The translations under genes and the position numbers were made by a program. Below the pieces are notes generated by a model that saw only the letters and a list, made by a program, of their open reading frames with translations, did no database searches and was not told the origin of the DNA. Shown in pieces: positions 1 through 13,083 of a stretch of DNA of 64,000 bases. Source of the stretch: Camelus ferus (Eukaryota); the NCBI RefSeq assembly GCF_009834535.1, contig NC_045696.1, forward strand, positions 58,716,001-58,780,000, in the 5' to 3' direction. Position 1 is the first letter of the stretch; the number at the start of each line of letters is the position of its first letter.

Positions 1-207
1 GTCCATCTTCCTGGTCCTCTTCTTTTTGGAATGCAAAGGCTTCCAAGAGTCCACCCAGGCAGAGAAGATGGATTCTAACATTGTTCTCTCCTCCAGGACC
101 TGAGAGAGCCACGAGAAGCAAGGAGGGGCACAGGGAGCGAGGGGAGACGTGCCCCTGCCAGGCCTGAGTAGGTCCATGCTAAGAACAAGGTCCCTGTGGT
201 TCCCCAC

Positions 208-747
208 TGTCCCAATCATAATTTTCATTTTTCAGTGTTTTGGATGCTTTCACACCTTGGGCATAGTCAGTTCCTGGGGGTAGTAAATGACTTCCTTCTT
301 GTCTGCGGGAGAACCTTCCATATGCAAACCAACCCATCCGGAGCCCCACCCCCAACCACCTCCTTATCAAGCTCTGACGCTCCCACACTAGGGACCACTA
401 CTCCCCTGCCCGAGTCATCCCAGGGAGAGGCCAGCTGACTTGGGACAGCCCTATGCCCCAGAGCTCACTGACGTTAATCAAACTAGCCAGTCCTAAGCCT
501 GCTTACCCTGCCTCATCCATCCCATCCCACAGAAACCACAATATAGGCTCTTGCCCGCGTTTGCCCTCACTCTGCCTCCTGACTGTCCCCACTGCTTCCC
601 TGGGTGCCCCCTCCCCACCCCGCCCATGGTGTAATGTGCCCTCTCCTCTTGGGAACTGTACCAAACCCTCTTTTCAGTGGCAGCTGTCTCCTCATTTGCC
701 AATGGCCTCACCATACCTGGATAATAATAACACCTACATTTAAAACA
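208..747 (+). mobile_element. Solo ERVL LTR, MER74A-like
   Basis: Starts TGT and ends TAAAACA. Internal blocks catatgcaaaccaacc, ctagccagtcctaagcctgcttaccctgcctc and ggcctcaccatacctg..aataata resemble MER74 as I recall it. Confidence 0.7.
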
Positions 748-958
748 ACAAACTTATGGTTACCAGAGGGTAAAGAGGGTGGGAAGGGATAATTAGGAAT
801 TTGAAAATTGCATCTCTTGGGGAGTGATGGAAATGTTAGCTATCTTGATTGTGATAGTGGTTTCATTCGTGTATATATCTATTAAAATTCATCAAATTGT
901 ACATTTGAAATATGTGTAGTTTACTGTACAGGAACTACACCACAATAGAAAAAAAACA
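748..958 (+). mobile_element. L1 3' end fragment(s)
   Basis: Contains tggttaccagagg, gtgatggaaatgtt..tatcttgattgtg and aaattgtacatttgaaatatgtg, then an A tail; typical L1M 3'UTR. Confidence 0.65.
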
Positions 959-1800
959 CTTACCCTAGGGTTCTTCAGTCAGTTACAAAGAGAGTTGTCT
1001 GGTGCCGCTGACCGGCAAAGTGGTGTTTCATTTGAGTTGGAGGAAATGAGGAGGAGAGAAAAGGGACTTTTTCCCTCCTGAAACTGTGCTTTTGAGACTC
1101 AGGGGTATTCCCTTTCCATTCCTCCCACGATTACTCAAATGGCACAAACAGTGATCAAATGAACGCTGGCTGTTGTAATGTTGGGAGGGACAAGGATGCT
1201 CGGGTGACCTGGGGTTGAGCAAGTTGGCGGTCCCACAACTCCACCCACCCCGGCTCCTCATTTTAAGGCTCTCGACAGCATCCAGGACCACCCTACTCCT
1301 GCCCAGGCCAGCTCCTCTCAGGGACGTACTCGGCCAGCCTGTCACTCACACGCCCGTCCTGCAGGCCAGGCCATAGCTATTGCTCCTGTTTCCCAGGAAA
1401 TCCAGGACTTTTTCCATCTGGGCACCAGGTCACTCCTTGGTTTTAGATCAAAATTCCTCAACTTGAAGCCATTCACATGCAGGCTTGGAGACATCCTTGG
1501 AGTTCAGCCACCACATTTCCCTGAACTGACTGCTCCTCTGTTCTAGTAATGTGACACCCCTTCTGCTGCCCCTCCCTGCCAAACTTCATCATCCTGCTCT
1601 GTCCTCTTGATCCCTCAAGGCCACATGCCCAGTCTGAAGTCTGAACACCAACTCTACCCTCTCAACTCCCTACATTCTCCCACTGCCCCATGCAGTCCCC
1701 CTCAGTAAACTCCTCTCCCAGATCTCTTCTCTTCTCAAACACTAGCACCCCACTTCAGCATGACACATAAGCCCTCAGATTTCTTTAGTTACCAAAAAGA

Positions 1801-2225
1801 ACGGGATTGGATAAACAAAATGTGGTATATCCATGTAACTGAATATTATTCAGCCATAAACAGGAACGATGTACATGATGTATGCTACAACACGAATGAA
1901 CCTCAAAGACATTATACTAAGTGAAAGAAGCCAGACACAAAAAGACACGTATTGCATGATTCCATTTATGTGCAATATCCAGAATAGGTAAATCCGTAGA
2001 GACAGAAAGCAGACTAGTTGTTGCTGAGGGCTGGGGGAAGTGGAGAATTAGGAATGACTACTAATGGGTATGGGGTTTTCTTGGGGGGTGGGTAACAAAA
2101 GTGTTTGAGACTAGACAGAGGTGGTGATTGCACAGCATTATGAATGTACTAAATGTTACTGAATTGTACACTTTGAAATGGTTAATTTTGTATCATGTAA
2201 ATTTCACCTCAATTTTAAAAAAAGA
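1801..2225 (+). mobile_element. 5'-truncated L1MB-type LINE-1 3' end
   Basis: Contains ggataaacaaaatgtggtatatccat, ctaagtgaaagaagccagacacaaaa and gaattgtacactttgaaatgg. Flanked by a degenerate direct repeat aaaaagaa-nnn-gattggataa (~1794 and ~2219), a possible TSD. Confidence 0.85.
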
Positions 2226-3174
2226 ATCAGATTGGATAATCCATCCATGATACACTGTGTACAGTGGGCACATAAAAAAACATATAAGAGGTGGCCTGGG
2301 ACAATACATTGTAGGCCCTGGACCTACAGTGAAAATTCCAAACACCAATTCCAAGTTCATGATGCTTGGAAAACATTAAGCAAACCATGGAACATAACCT
2401 CTGTGGGATATTCTAACTCATGAATACAGTCACAACACTTACCTTCAGTGTTGTTGTGAGAGTTATATGAGATAATGCAGGGACATCACACAAAAGACAT
2501 TCATTTGTACACTCAGCAAGAAAAGCAGTATGCAAAATGTTAAGTTTTAAAAAAAAACAGCTGACACAAAATTCTGGCTAGGCAGACTGCACTTACATAT
2601 ATATATAATATATCTCTCTAGATATGGAAAGACATAGAGAACTAGCTGGCATTTTAAGCTTATGGAAATTATTTGATAAAACTGTCTAAATAGACAGTAT
2701 ACAGTAGGAGTCTAGGAAGCCGGGTTCCAGTTCTGATTCTGCCCTGAACCAGCCTTGGGAGGCTTCTGTGCAATGCCCTCCCCTTCTGAACCTTCATTTC
2801 CTGGTTTTGAGACTGGCTTAATCATAACAATGGCCCAGTTTAATCAGACCCACTTAGCCCCTGGTTCCTCTATGTGCCAGGGCCTGTGCAAGGCACCACG
2901 GGTGCCCTGGGGATTCATGAGAGTGACTCCCAGTGTTCTAGGAGTGTGCAACAGCATGTGAAACCAGGCAGAACACGAGAAAGAGGGCAGGTGGCCCAGC
3001 ACACTCGGGTCTTAGTGTAGCCACAGCAGAAGGTGTCCTTTGAACCAGGGCCCCAAGGCAGGACGGGCTTTCTCAGGTGGAAAGGGCGAGTTCCTGACCA
3101 CAGACCTGTCCAAGCAGCTAGGTGGGGTGAGGGAAGAGTCACCATAAACTCTCCCTGGGGAGTCTCTCACCATA

Positions 3175-3325
3175 AACTTCTCAAAGTGGAACCCCAAGCC
3201 AGCAGCAGCAGCATCACCTGGGAATTGACTAGAAATTCAAGTTCTTGGGCCCCATCCGCACCTTGGGAATTAGCAACCCTGCGGTGGGGCCCGGGAAGCC
3301 CTCCAGGTGATTAAGATACTGCTCC
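3175..3325. mobile_element. MER5A-like hAT-Charlie MITE (similar copies ~19270-19430, ~28410-28545)
   Basis: ttctcaaagtg...cagcagcatcacctgggaa.tg..agaaat...ccctccaggtgat. Confidence 0.65.
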
Positions 3326-5532
3326 CCTGGCACCTGCTTCCTTAATAGTGTGGAAACTGCCCCTGAAAGACACTCCTTCATGGCCCGGCCCCACCCACCC
3401 TCCAGGCCCCAGTTGGCTGAGCTGAGAAAGTTTCCTGTGCTCAGAGGAGCTAATCTATCACCTGATATAGATTAACTTTCCCTCTCTTCACCAGCCCACT
3501 GGCCTGGGAAAGGCAAACACCTAAAGGGAGAGCCGTAATAAATCTGTCTGCTGCTGCCACCCCAGTTTTTTCCACAGCCCCTACCACACCCATTCCTCCA
3601 CCTACGTTCTTGGGGCAGTGGCCCCATAGGCTGGAGGTCCCCAGGCAGGAGGAGACAAAGGGACCTCCCTCTGTTCTCCCCACACAGCCTGGTGCTGGGA
3701 GTCTATGCCCAGAAGGAGGTCCCCATCAGCCCCCAGGGCCCCCTCCAGAGCCAGGAGGATGAGAGAGGGAGGGATGGGGATGGGAACACAGCTCATCACT
3801 TTTAAGGGCAGCAGAGTGACTGGGAGTTTCCTTTCTAAAACTCCTCAGGAAACGGCTCACAAAGACTCCCTTCCGGGGCATCTCCGCCCACTGGAAGAGT
3901 TCTCCTCCCTGCCTCCTCCTCCTTCTGGAGGGAGCAGCCTGGGACCACCCCCACCTCCCAGGTGTCAGCTCACCCTCTTACTCCAAGGACCCTGGCCACA
4001 CCCTGCACCTGGTCTGGCTTTGGAATCACACTTCAGAGCCTACTAGTAGGATAATCTTTGAGACTCAATTTTCTGGAAAACCAGGATAACGAAACCCTCC
4101 TTAGAGGAAATCAATGGATGTAAAACATAAAGCACACACTGCGAAGGCTCAGAAATGGAAGCTCTTACACTCATCATCACCGTCATGCTCATCCTCTATT
4201 CAAACATTTTCAATGGCTAATCATCACCTACCAGGTAAAATTCAAATTGTTAGCACTGGTCATTCTGGTTCCCAGTCACCTCCAAACCAGCAACAACACA
4301 AAGACATTCTCAATTTGTCAAATATGCCTTCCACTGCCAAGCGCAGCCTCCACGGCCCAGTTCTGTTTGTCCGAAAGCTCTTCACCCCTGCCCCGTGGCG
4401 CCTCTCCCCACTCCCAGCATTCTGCCCAGGCCTCCCAGTGATAAGTGCCTGTTGTCCATCATGGGGCCCCCTCACAGAGGGCTGAGCAAGCAAAACAGAT
4501 GTTTGGAAAACTGAATGGAATCCTTCCAGGTTCAGAAGAGAAAGCAGAGCCTTAAATAAACAAGGAGCAAGTGGACGCCAGTCAACCATCTTCTATCGCT
4601 GTCCAAGGAGTCAGATGATCATGCTAGGGGCCCTGTCCTGGGCACCTGAGGGAGGTCACATTCTGAGAGGCTGTGTCCTCTGAGTTCCCAGCCTGAGACA
4701 GGAACCTCCAGAGACAATAGATGCTGACCCAAGGGGACAGAGGACAAAGGCCAGAGCCCAGCCCAGGATGCCAGCACCTGCCTGCTCTCCTCACCCTCCT
4801 CCTATCCCCGGGCTCCTACAGAGTGTCAGCCCAGCACTACCTGCTCTGCCCAGCGCCCCACACCCACCCCAGCGCTCAGCCCAAGGCCTAAAAACAAAGC
4901 AGGGAAAGTGAGGGGGTTTCCTGAACTCAGACTCTGAGGCCAGGGCAGCCTGGGCACCAGGCCTCTGGGCTCTGGCATGCCTGCCCCCAAACGGCTCAAC
5001 CTAAAGGGACAGCTGGGCTGACATGTCAACACAGGTGAGGGAGCCCATGTGTGGCTTTCTGCCCATGTTGACTGTACAACAGAGTCCCAGGTGGACAGAC
5101 TGTAGCCTTCATCACCCTTCCCCACACACAGCCCGGTTCCTGTCCCTGTTGCCTGTGGGCCCATTTACCAAACCCACCCAAATAGAACTTCCCACTTTCT
5201 GGAGCACGCCCTCCCCCACACAGGCCAGCAGAGCTTCGGAACACCAAGCTAGGAGCTCGGGACACCTACCCTCCTCTCCAGAAGAGGCCAACAAGGCCCC
5301 CTCACAAAATCTTCCTCCACACAGGGGAGGATCAGAAGAGGCCTCGGGAGGGAAAGAGGCTAGGCTTCAGGGAGGCCTCCTGACCACAGGGGAATGCCAC
5401 AGCAGGAAAGGAAGCATCTTCTCCTGCGGGCCTTACTGGGTCTGGCCTGGGTGCCCTGTCTTAGTTCCGATTCCTGCCACCAGGCTGCCCTTAGAGAAGG
5501 CATTCTCCCCACTAGGACATGGAGGCCGCTGT

Positions 5533-5655
5533 GGGGGAGGGTACAGCTCAAGTGGTAGAGCACATGCTTAGCATGCATGAGGTCCTGGGTTCAATCTCCA
5601 GTACCTCCTCTAAAAATAAAGAAATAAACCTAATTACCTCCCCCCAACAACAACT
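5533..5655 (+). mobile_element. tRNA-Ala-derived SINE (camelid Vic-1-like), long form
   Basis: A box agctcaagtggtagag, B box ggttcaatctcc, then an A-rich linker and the aataaacctaattacctccccc tail. Degenerate TSD acatggag(g/c)cc(g/c)ct at 5517-5530 and 5656-5669. Confidence 0.85.
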
Positions 5656-8600
5656 ACATGGAGCCCCCTAATGGGAGGGATAGACCCAGAGTGACAGAGA
5701 AAAAAAGCCTGATAGGACTGTCCCTGTGGGTCTCCCTCTGACTTGGAATGAAGACCAAAAAATGCCACCACAACGTCCTCCCATGTCCAGGCACTCCCAG
5801 TGATTCCCAAAGGGGCCAGGGCCCAAGGACAATTCTTGGGGTTACATGTCATGGGAATGAAGGCAATGGTTACAGTGCTGGTTACAGAGAGCTCTGAGAG
5901 GAGAAAAAACAAAAACCAAAGAGAGGGATGTGCTGGATGGTCGGGGGGAAGGTAGGGGGCCAGGGCGGAAGGAACGTAAGCCCCCACGGAGGACAAACTG
6001 TTAGCTGGTTATCCATTATGTGGAAGGCTTCAGGGCCCACCTCCCCCGCATCCCTCATTTTCTAACTCTGGTCTTCAGCTTCACTACAAAAAAACATCTG
6101 GAGAACTAGAAACATCTGGAGCCTTCCTCAGGCTAAAAACAAAACAAACAAACAAACAAAAAAGGGGCAGTCACAGTGACGTGCTCAGTTGACGACTGCC
6201 CTAAATAGCTCTGTCCACTAACACTCCTGTCATAACGACTGGGGACCATCTCCCTCCAGGTACAGAGGCCCAGTACAGCCAGCCTCACAGAGCGGATGTC
6301 TGAGCCCAGATGTGGACTTTGTTTCCTGGTTAAATTTGGATTTGTGAGAAGTCACGGAGCCCCCAGAGACATCCTCGGCGTTAGCAGCAGACTTCACGAC
6401 ACAGGCTCATCTCTCCCCTGTTCTGTTTTCCCGTTTTCATCTGGGAGATGCTGCCAGCTTATGGGAGAGGAGCTGCGGACCCTGTTTCCCAGCAGACGGG
6501 CCAAGGCCAGGTCCAGGCTGTTATCTTAAGCAGTGACCTTTCCCGAGGCAGGCACTGAGCGTGCCTAAAACATGCACCATTTGCGCTAATCTCAGGCAGG
6601 CAGGAGCACTTCCCGTCCCTGACGAGCTCCCCAAGGGGTGCACTCAGGCCCATGGGTGGCCTGGGGCCTGAGGAAGGTGGTCTGTGTCTGGGAGTCCTCT
6701 GATCTCAGCTGGAGGAGGGACGGAGGGAGACGCTCCCTCCCAGACAGAATTTGTGGAACAGAACCATAGAGAAATGCGTGTGTGGGCCCCCCTCAGAAAC
6801 CTGAGGCCTGAAGTTGGGAGGCCAGATCAGGACTCAGCTCTGTATCCAGATCTGGCTAGGAGTCCTCCAAACAAATCCCAAACCAGAAACGATTGAGTCT
6901 GCAGCCTCCAGAGAGTCGGGCAGCAGGGCCACCACAGGAAGCCGACCTGCCCGAACCCACTGTCAGTCCAACCTCAATGTCTCTGGCTGCAACTTGAGGC
7001 ATCTCTGGTTTTTGGCTCAGAAAGAACAGAGAAAGCAATTCACCTCCCCTTTGATCTGTTCAATGAGTATTTATTAAACATGATTGTGCTGGGTGTGACA
7101 GATATAAACCCCAGTATCTGTCCTGAAGGTGCAAACAACAGCAAAGACTAAGGAAAGCCAAGGAGGGGCAAGGCCGTGGAGTAGACACAGCAATGCCTGG
7201 GAGCCACGTCCCAGCCCATCATGGACTGTGTGCCCCTGGATAGGTCATTTCACTCTGAGCCTCACTCCCAGACAGAGCTAGTGGAGGTGACCTCGAAGGT
7301 CCCTGCCACCTGATTCAGAGGGGAAGAGAGACACTGAATAGTGGCCCAGACAGTGTGTTGTGAGCGAAAGGCATATAAACTGCTGGAGGTTATGCTTAGG
7401 ATGGATGAGTGAAAACTGAGTTGGGGGACACTGAATCTTCAAAGGCCTGTCCCACTTCTCATTCCACCCCAGCCTGCTCCCAGGTGGACAAGACTAGCCC
7501 TCCAGCCACTCCACACTGATTTCACCCACTAGCTTGTGCCACGCCCAAGCCCCACCTCCACGCTTACCGAGCAGCTTTGTACAATCCTCTCATCCTCTCT
7601 GAGCCTCAATTTTCAAATATGCAAAACGGGGATGATAATAATTCCTACTTTACTGACACCCCAAAGAGATAATGTATGGGCAATGCTCCTCAGAAACTGT
7701 ACCAACAATAGTTCTTTTTTTTCCTTATTTCTTTTTCTTTTTTTCTTTTTTTTCTCTTTTTTGGCCAATGACTTGTTTTGCCAATGATTCCCTGTGTCTA
7801 GTACTGAATACGGTCAGGAGGGAGAGAAAGCAGCATTTCTGAGGACCAGTCCTGAACTAGTGGCTTGACTTAACAACTCATCCTTAAAGCAACCCTTCCA
7901 AGGATTTAGAAATGAGGAAACTGAGGCTCTGTGAGGCTAAGTAACCTGCCCAAGGTCACACGGGTACCAAGGCAGGAAGGAGAATTTGAATGGAGGGCTG
8001 TCTGACTCTAAAGCTTCCACCACACCAGCCTCTGGGACCCCTAGAGAGAAGAGCTGAGGGGTGAGCCACAGCAGGGCCTGCAGCCCCTCCCGGTCACCAG
8101 GGAGGGGACCCTCAGGTTCTCTCACGGTCCCCACTGGCCCTTGAGTCTGACAGGAACTGTTTATTCTAGACTCTGATATTTTCTGTAAACATGGCTTAGG
8201 TTGCCAAGAGAGGGAGAGAAATTCATTTGTCAGAGAGAATGAGACTCAACCATTAAACTTCCTTCGATTCAGCGGGGGACCAGGGGACAGGGTGGAACCT
8301 CAGCCCTGGACAGAGCCCCAAGCAGCCTCTCCCCCAGTCCCACACTGACGAGTACAGCCCCACACCGCGTGCCACGTGCCTGTGGTCTCGCTGGTCAGGA
8401 CACTTCCCACCAGAGCCCTGGGGAGATCTTCATGGTACAAGATAAAATGACCCAGATTCTTTCTGAGCCGGGCCACTTGTCCTCCCCGGGGGTTACGGTG
8501 GCCCCTGGGAGGACTAATGAGCCTCTCTTCAGTGTCTGTGGGACTGTTTAGAAAATGATTACTTTTCCTGCGACCAGAGAGAGGGAGTGGCATGTCCCAC

Positions 8601-9162
8601 AGCACCTCTGTGACCTTAGGGAAGAGCTCCTACAGGGGAGAACACAGTTTAATTACAAAACCCAGGCCTCGGGTTTAATCTGGTACACCTTCTTACTACA
8701 TTGCTTTTCTTTTTAAGGTCTTCTTTATTTTACCCAACACTGCACCCTTGGGAAAAATTCACAGTGAAGAAACTGAGCAGTGAGGGCATCACTGACAAAC
8801 GTGGGATGACACAGAGAGGCAGAGATCAAATTCAGGTACACATTTTTTCAGACATACTAAGTTTAAACAAGTAAATGGACATGATGGTTGGAATTTGCTT
8901 CAATATACTTTAGCAAGAGGGGAAAAAAAATGAAGTGAATGTGGGAAAAATCCTGACAATCATTGAATCTGAATGATGGGTATATGGGAGTTCACTATTC
9001 TCTCTACTTTGCCACGTTTCATATTAAAAAATCTGAGACAAAGGCCCCACCCAGAGACAGGAAGTTATAATGCAGGACCCAGGGGAGGTGCCCAGGGCGG
9101 GAGACGGAGGGACAGGAGGAGGAAGAGATGGCCGAGGGGCAGGAAGCGAGGATGGTGTTATC

Positions 9163-9246
9163 CCGAGGAGGGTCGTATCCTCCAGGACCTGCTGTCTTGT
9201 TGGATAGGTCACCTCCACCCCCAAAGCTCTCTTTCTGAGACTTTAT
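9163..9246 (-). pseudogene. ADCY5: Degenerate orthologue of the ADCY5 alternative first coding exon (human isoform 2 N-terminus); ATA at the start position, no GT donor
   Basis: Minus-strand translation IKSQKESFGGGGDLSNKTAGPGGYDPPR aligns with the recalled human isoform-2 N-terminus MKSQKEGCCSRGDLSIQTGPGGEWAPRR. It lies in intron 1 on the gene strand. Confidence 0.7.
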
Positions 9247-9618
9247 TCTTCAGGACTCACTTCCAGACTCTTCCCACAAAGGGCTAACGGCAAGAATCGC
9301 CTTCTCTGGAACGTTTATCATCAGAGCATTTTGTCTAGTTGCGTTGGGGAAGACACCAGGCTGCCCCACAGAGAGATGACCAGTCCATCTCCCAAAGGCC
9401 CTCCTTGGCCCCGATCTGATTGGGAAGGAGGGGAGAAAACTCTAAGGACAAGGGACACTCAGACTCTGCCCTCTCATCTGAGATAAATGACAGGACGTGA
9501 CGACTCTCTCACAGAAACTTGTAGAGACCTCGAGATTTGGAGCAAATTTCCTACCAGCAGGCCTTTCACACCCACAGACAGGGCACCCTGATACTGAGGA
9601 AGAGGCAAACCCTCTCTC

Positions 9619-9970
9619 TTACGGATTGAATTGTTCCCCCTCCCCCATTGACATGTCCTCCAATGTGACTGTATTTGGAGATGGGGTCTTGGGGAGGTAA
9701 TGAAGATTAAATGAGGTCATAAAGGTGGGGCCCTCATCCAATAGGGCTGGTTTGACCTCTCTCTCCAAGCTCACGCACAGAGGAAAGGCCATGTGAGAAC
9801 CCAGGAGGAAGGCAGCCATCTGCAAGGCAGGAAAAGAGTTCTCACCAGAAACCGAATCTGCTGGCACCTTGATCTTGGACTTCCAGCCCCTAGAACTGTG
9901 AGAAAATAGATGTCTTGTTTAAGCCACCCAGCCTGCGGTATTTTGTTACAGCAGCCCAAACTGACGAATC
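9619..9970 (+). mobile_element. MLT1A-like MaLR solo LTR
   Basis: aatgtgactgtatttggagatggggtc...gccatctgcaag...ctggcaccttgatcttggacttccagcc...tgtttaagccacccag. Confidence 0.85.
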
Positions 9971-12654
9971 TTTCCCCTCAGAGACGTGACGCCCAAAGGC
10001 GCACTGCAGTTCCATCTGGCCCTGTAGGCATGCCAGTCTGGCTCAAGTGCCTCTGATCTCCTGACACCTCTCAAGGTACAGGGTCCCTCCCTCCTTCCTT
10101 TGCATCGCACCATGTGTGGTCTGGACCAGGAGGCATGAAAAGGGCACAAATGGGTCTGCCTTTCCAGGGAAGAAAGGAAGCTGGTGCCAATAAGAGGTCC
10201 CCACCCTCTCCTCCTTGGTCTTCTTCCCAGGCTCCCCACAGGGCAGTGATGGAAACCACTGCCTGATGACCAAGCTGGCCAGAGCCAGTGAGCCCTCCTC
10301 TCTCACAGGCCCTGGACAGCCAGGCACCCAGAGGACATTTCCTTAAGCCCCTCTCACTCCCTAACTGAACAAATATTTGCCCCTGCTAAGCACTGTCCTT
10401 TCATTCAGGCAGCAAATTTTTATTAAATGTCCACTTTACTGAACGCTGGAAATGGACATGTATCTCCTGACTAAGAGGCCAGCAATCTATAAATAAAGGA
10501 GGCGACGGGGAAAGAGGACAGTATCTCAAGTCAGAAGTTGGGTCTGAATCTCAATCAATTTAGTCTAAATCAACCACAGACTAGCCCTGTGACCTTGGGT
10601 AGTCACCTCACCTCTTTGGGCCTCCATTTGCTCCACTGAAAATGAGAGAGTTGGAGGTGCTAGCTAAAGTTCCTTCTACCTCTGACATGCTAGAATTCCA
10701 CTAAGAGAAACTCAGAAAACAATACAAATGAAGACTTGGGGGTAAGATGACTCGAGACGCCTGGAACGTGCTGGAGGAAGATGCAGAGTAGTCCAGCACA
10801 GTAAGACCCTGGACCAGCCACGGCCACCAACTCTTTTGTGTGAGGAGAGAGCCACTCCAGAAATCAGAGTGGGCTCATTTCCCTGGGGAGCCCTGGCTAC
10901 TAGGTGCACTGGCAGGTCCAAGCTACAAAGCACCCCCGGCACCAGGAGCCAGGACCCATGCTGGTCACTCATTCCTACAAAGGCCAGGGGGACAGGTTCA
11001 CCCAAAGATCCCACCTCACCAACTGGTCTGTGCTCCCACCATCCCAGGTACCCCAGAGAGGGCCCTGCATCCCCCTGGTCCCATCATGATTCCCCAGGAG
11101 GACTGCCCTCTACCACACCAACAGCTCCAGTGCTGGCCCCAAGCACAGGCAGGCTGCAGACGGCCCCCTCCATCCAGACGCCCAAGGCCAGGGAGGCAGC
11201 GCCCACCCACTTGTCTTTGACTGGCAACAGCATTACCCTGGCTCATCCTCCACGCCTCCTCTTCCTCGCTTGCCAAATCCTGTCACTTTTCCAAGAGAAA
11301 AACCTCTCCCTTCACTCTTTCTTCCCACTCCACTCTGCTCCCCAGCCCGCCTCAGGCCTCATCCCACTCTCCCAGACCGGCGTCAGCCTCTTTCCAGGGC
11401 ACCCCCTTGCCCCGCTACATGCTCCCCACCCCACAGACTCTCCCTGTCCACCCCTTCTAAGGTGCAACTATGTGCTTCTGCCCACAAACCCCACAGGACC
11501 CCTCTTACAGCTACATTATACAGACACTCCTCGTGCCAGCATGTGAGGCGTCACCTCTGCCTGCCCCAGGGAGGACCCTGCACATGGGTCACTGGGAAGA
11601 TTCAGGGATCCCAGACATGCCCCAGTCACTCCAGCTTCTGGGCCTTTGCTTCTGCACTGCCCCCTGCAGTGATGTCGGGGCCTCAGAGGCTCCTTCATGT
11701 AGCCCCCCAAGGCTCTTCTCCACTGGGATGGGACATCCCGACTGCCTGCTCTGAGCTCCTCCTCCTCCTAGCCCCCCACCCTAACTCCTGGCTTGCACTT
11801 CTTGTTTCCTTCCCCTTGGATTAAGAGTGATTCTGGGCTTGTCTTAGATGCCCACCTGCCCCTCTGCCCTGCACAAATGACAGGCTCTCCGCGGCGAGGC
11901 CAGCACCTTCCTTGTCGCTGGATCCCCTTGCCATGCAGACAGAGATACACAAGACCTATCTGTCTCCTCAGATGATACCGCACAGCCCGTTCTTTGGAGG
12001 GACAAGGCAGGGGCGGGCTGCCAAGGAGCACCACGGAGGGCCCTGGTGCTGGCTGCTGCGTCGGGAGCCGGCATCCCCCACCCCGGGGACAGGTCTCCGT
12101 CCAGCGCAGCCTGATTGTGCGTTTATGAGTCATGGTCACGAGGCCCACAGCAGCTTAATGAGGGACATTCTCGGTACACACACTCACAGACACACAGATA
12201 CACCCCAGACAGGCAGACCATTTCCCACCTAGAGATCAGAGCTGAAGCCCCAGGGGCCAGGCGAGGAGAGGGGCAGAGATGGTCCCGGCCCACATCCCAC
12301 TTTGGCTTGTCCTCTGCAGGGATTTATTATCTTCTTTCTCCATTTCCTCCTGCCTGGAGTGGCGGAGGGGGAAGGTAGGGAGTGCTCCAGGAAGCAGCGG
12401 CAAGAGGCCTCAAGGCAGGATGGGAGGAGAGGAGGGCTATCTGTACCCCAGGCCCTACAAATGGCTCCAGCTTCATTTACCTGCATGGCCAAAAGCCTGG
12501 ACCATCTGAGACAGACGCCAGAGGCCCAAGGCCAGCAGAAGCCTGATGGCGGGCCCCCACCCCTGGCTCCCTCAGTTCTAGCCAGTCATCCTCCCCTGGG
12601 GTGGCAGGCAGCTCAGGGGCAGCGGTAGGCAGTGGGCCACACCCCTCTCGGACC

Positions 12655-13083
12655 CTGCCTTCATTTCCTACGGCTGCTTTCACAAAGTACCACAAGCGGG
12701 GGGCTCACACCACAAGAGATAATTGTCTCACAGTTCTAGAGGCCAGAAGTCCATGGTCAAAGTGTCGCAGGGTTGGCTCCTCTGAAAGCTGTGAGGGAGA
12801 CTCTACTCCAGGCCGCCCCAGCCTCTGGCAGCCTCGGGCGCGCCTGGCTTGTAGATGGTGCTTTCCCTGTGTCTTCAGGCCGTCTTCCCTCAATGCATGT
12901 CTACCTCTGCGGCCAGATTTCCCCTTTTTCATAAGGATACCGCTCATATTGATTGGATCAGGGTTCTCCCTAATCACCTCATCTAACTTGATTATCTTCA
13001 AAGACCCTATTTCTAAATAAGGTCAAAGGTACTGTGAGTTAGATCTTCAGCATTTTTTTGAAAGACAATTCAACCCATAATAG
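12655..13083 (-). mobile_element. MLT1B-like MaLR solo LTR
   Basis: ctcacagttctagaggccagaagtcc...gaccctatttctaaataaggtca...caattcaacccataa, in reverse orientation. Confidence 0.8.

Noticed and set aside
3595..3799. Minus-strand ATG ORF with a nearby GTAGGT as another alternative ADCY5 exon
   Set aside because: No resemblance to any ADCY5 sequence I know, weak donor context and no promoter signal.
10836..11824. 236 aa and 184 aa plus-strand ORFs
   Set aside because: Non-ATG starts, C-rich composition, no family resemblance; antisense within an intron.
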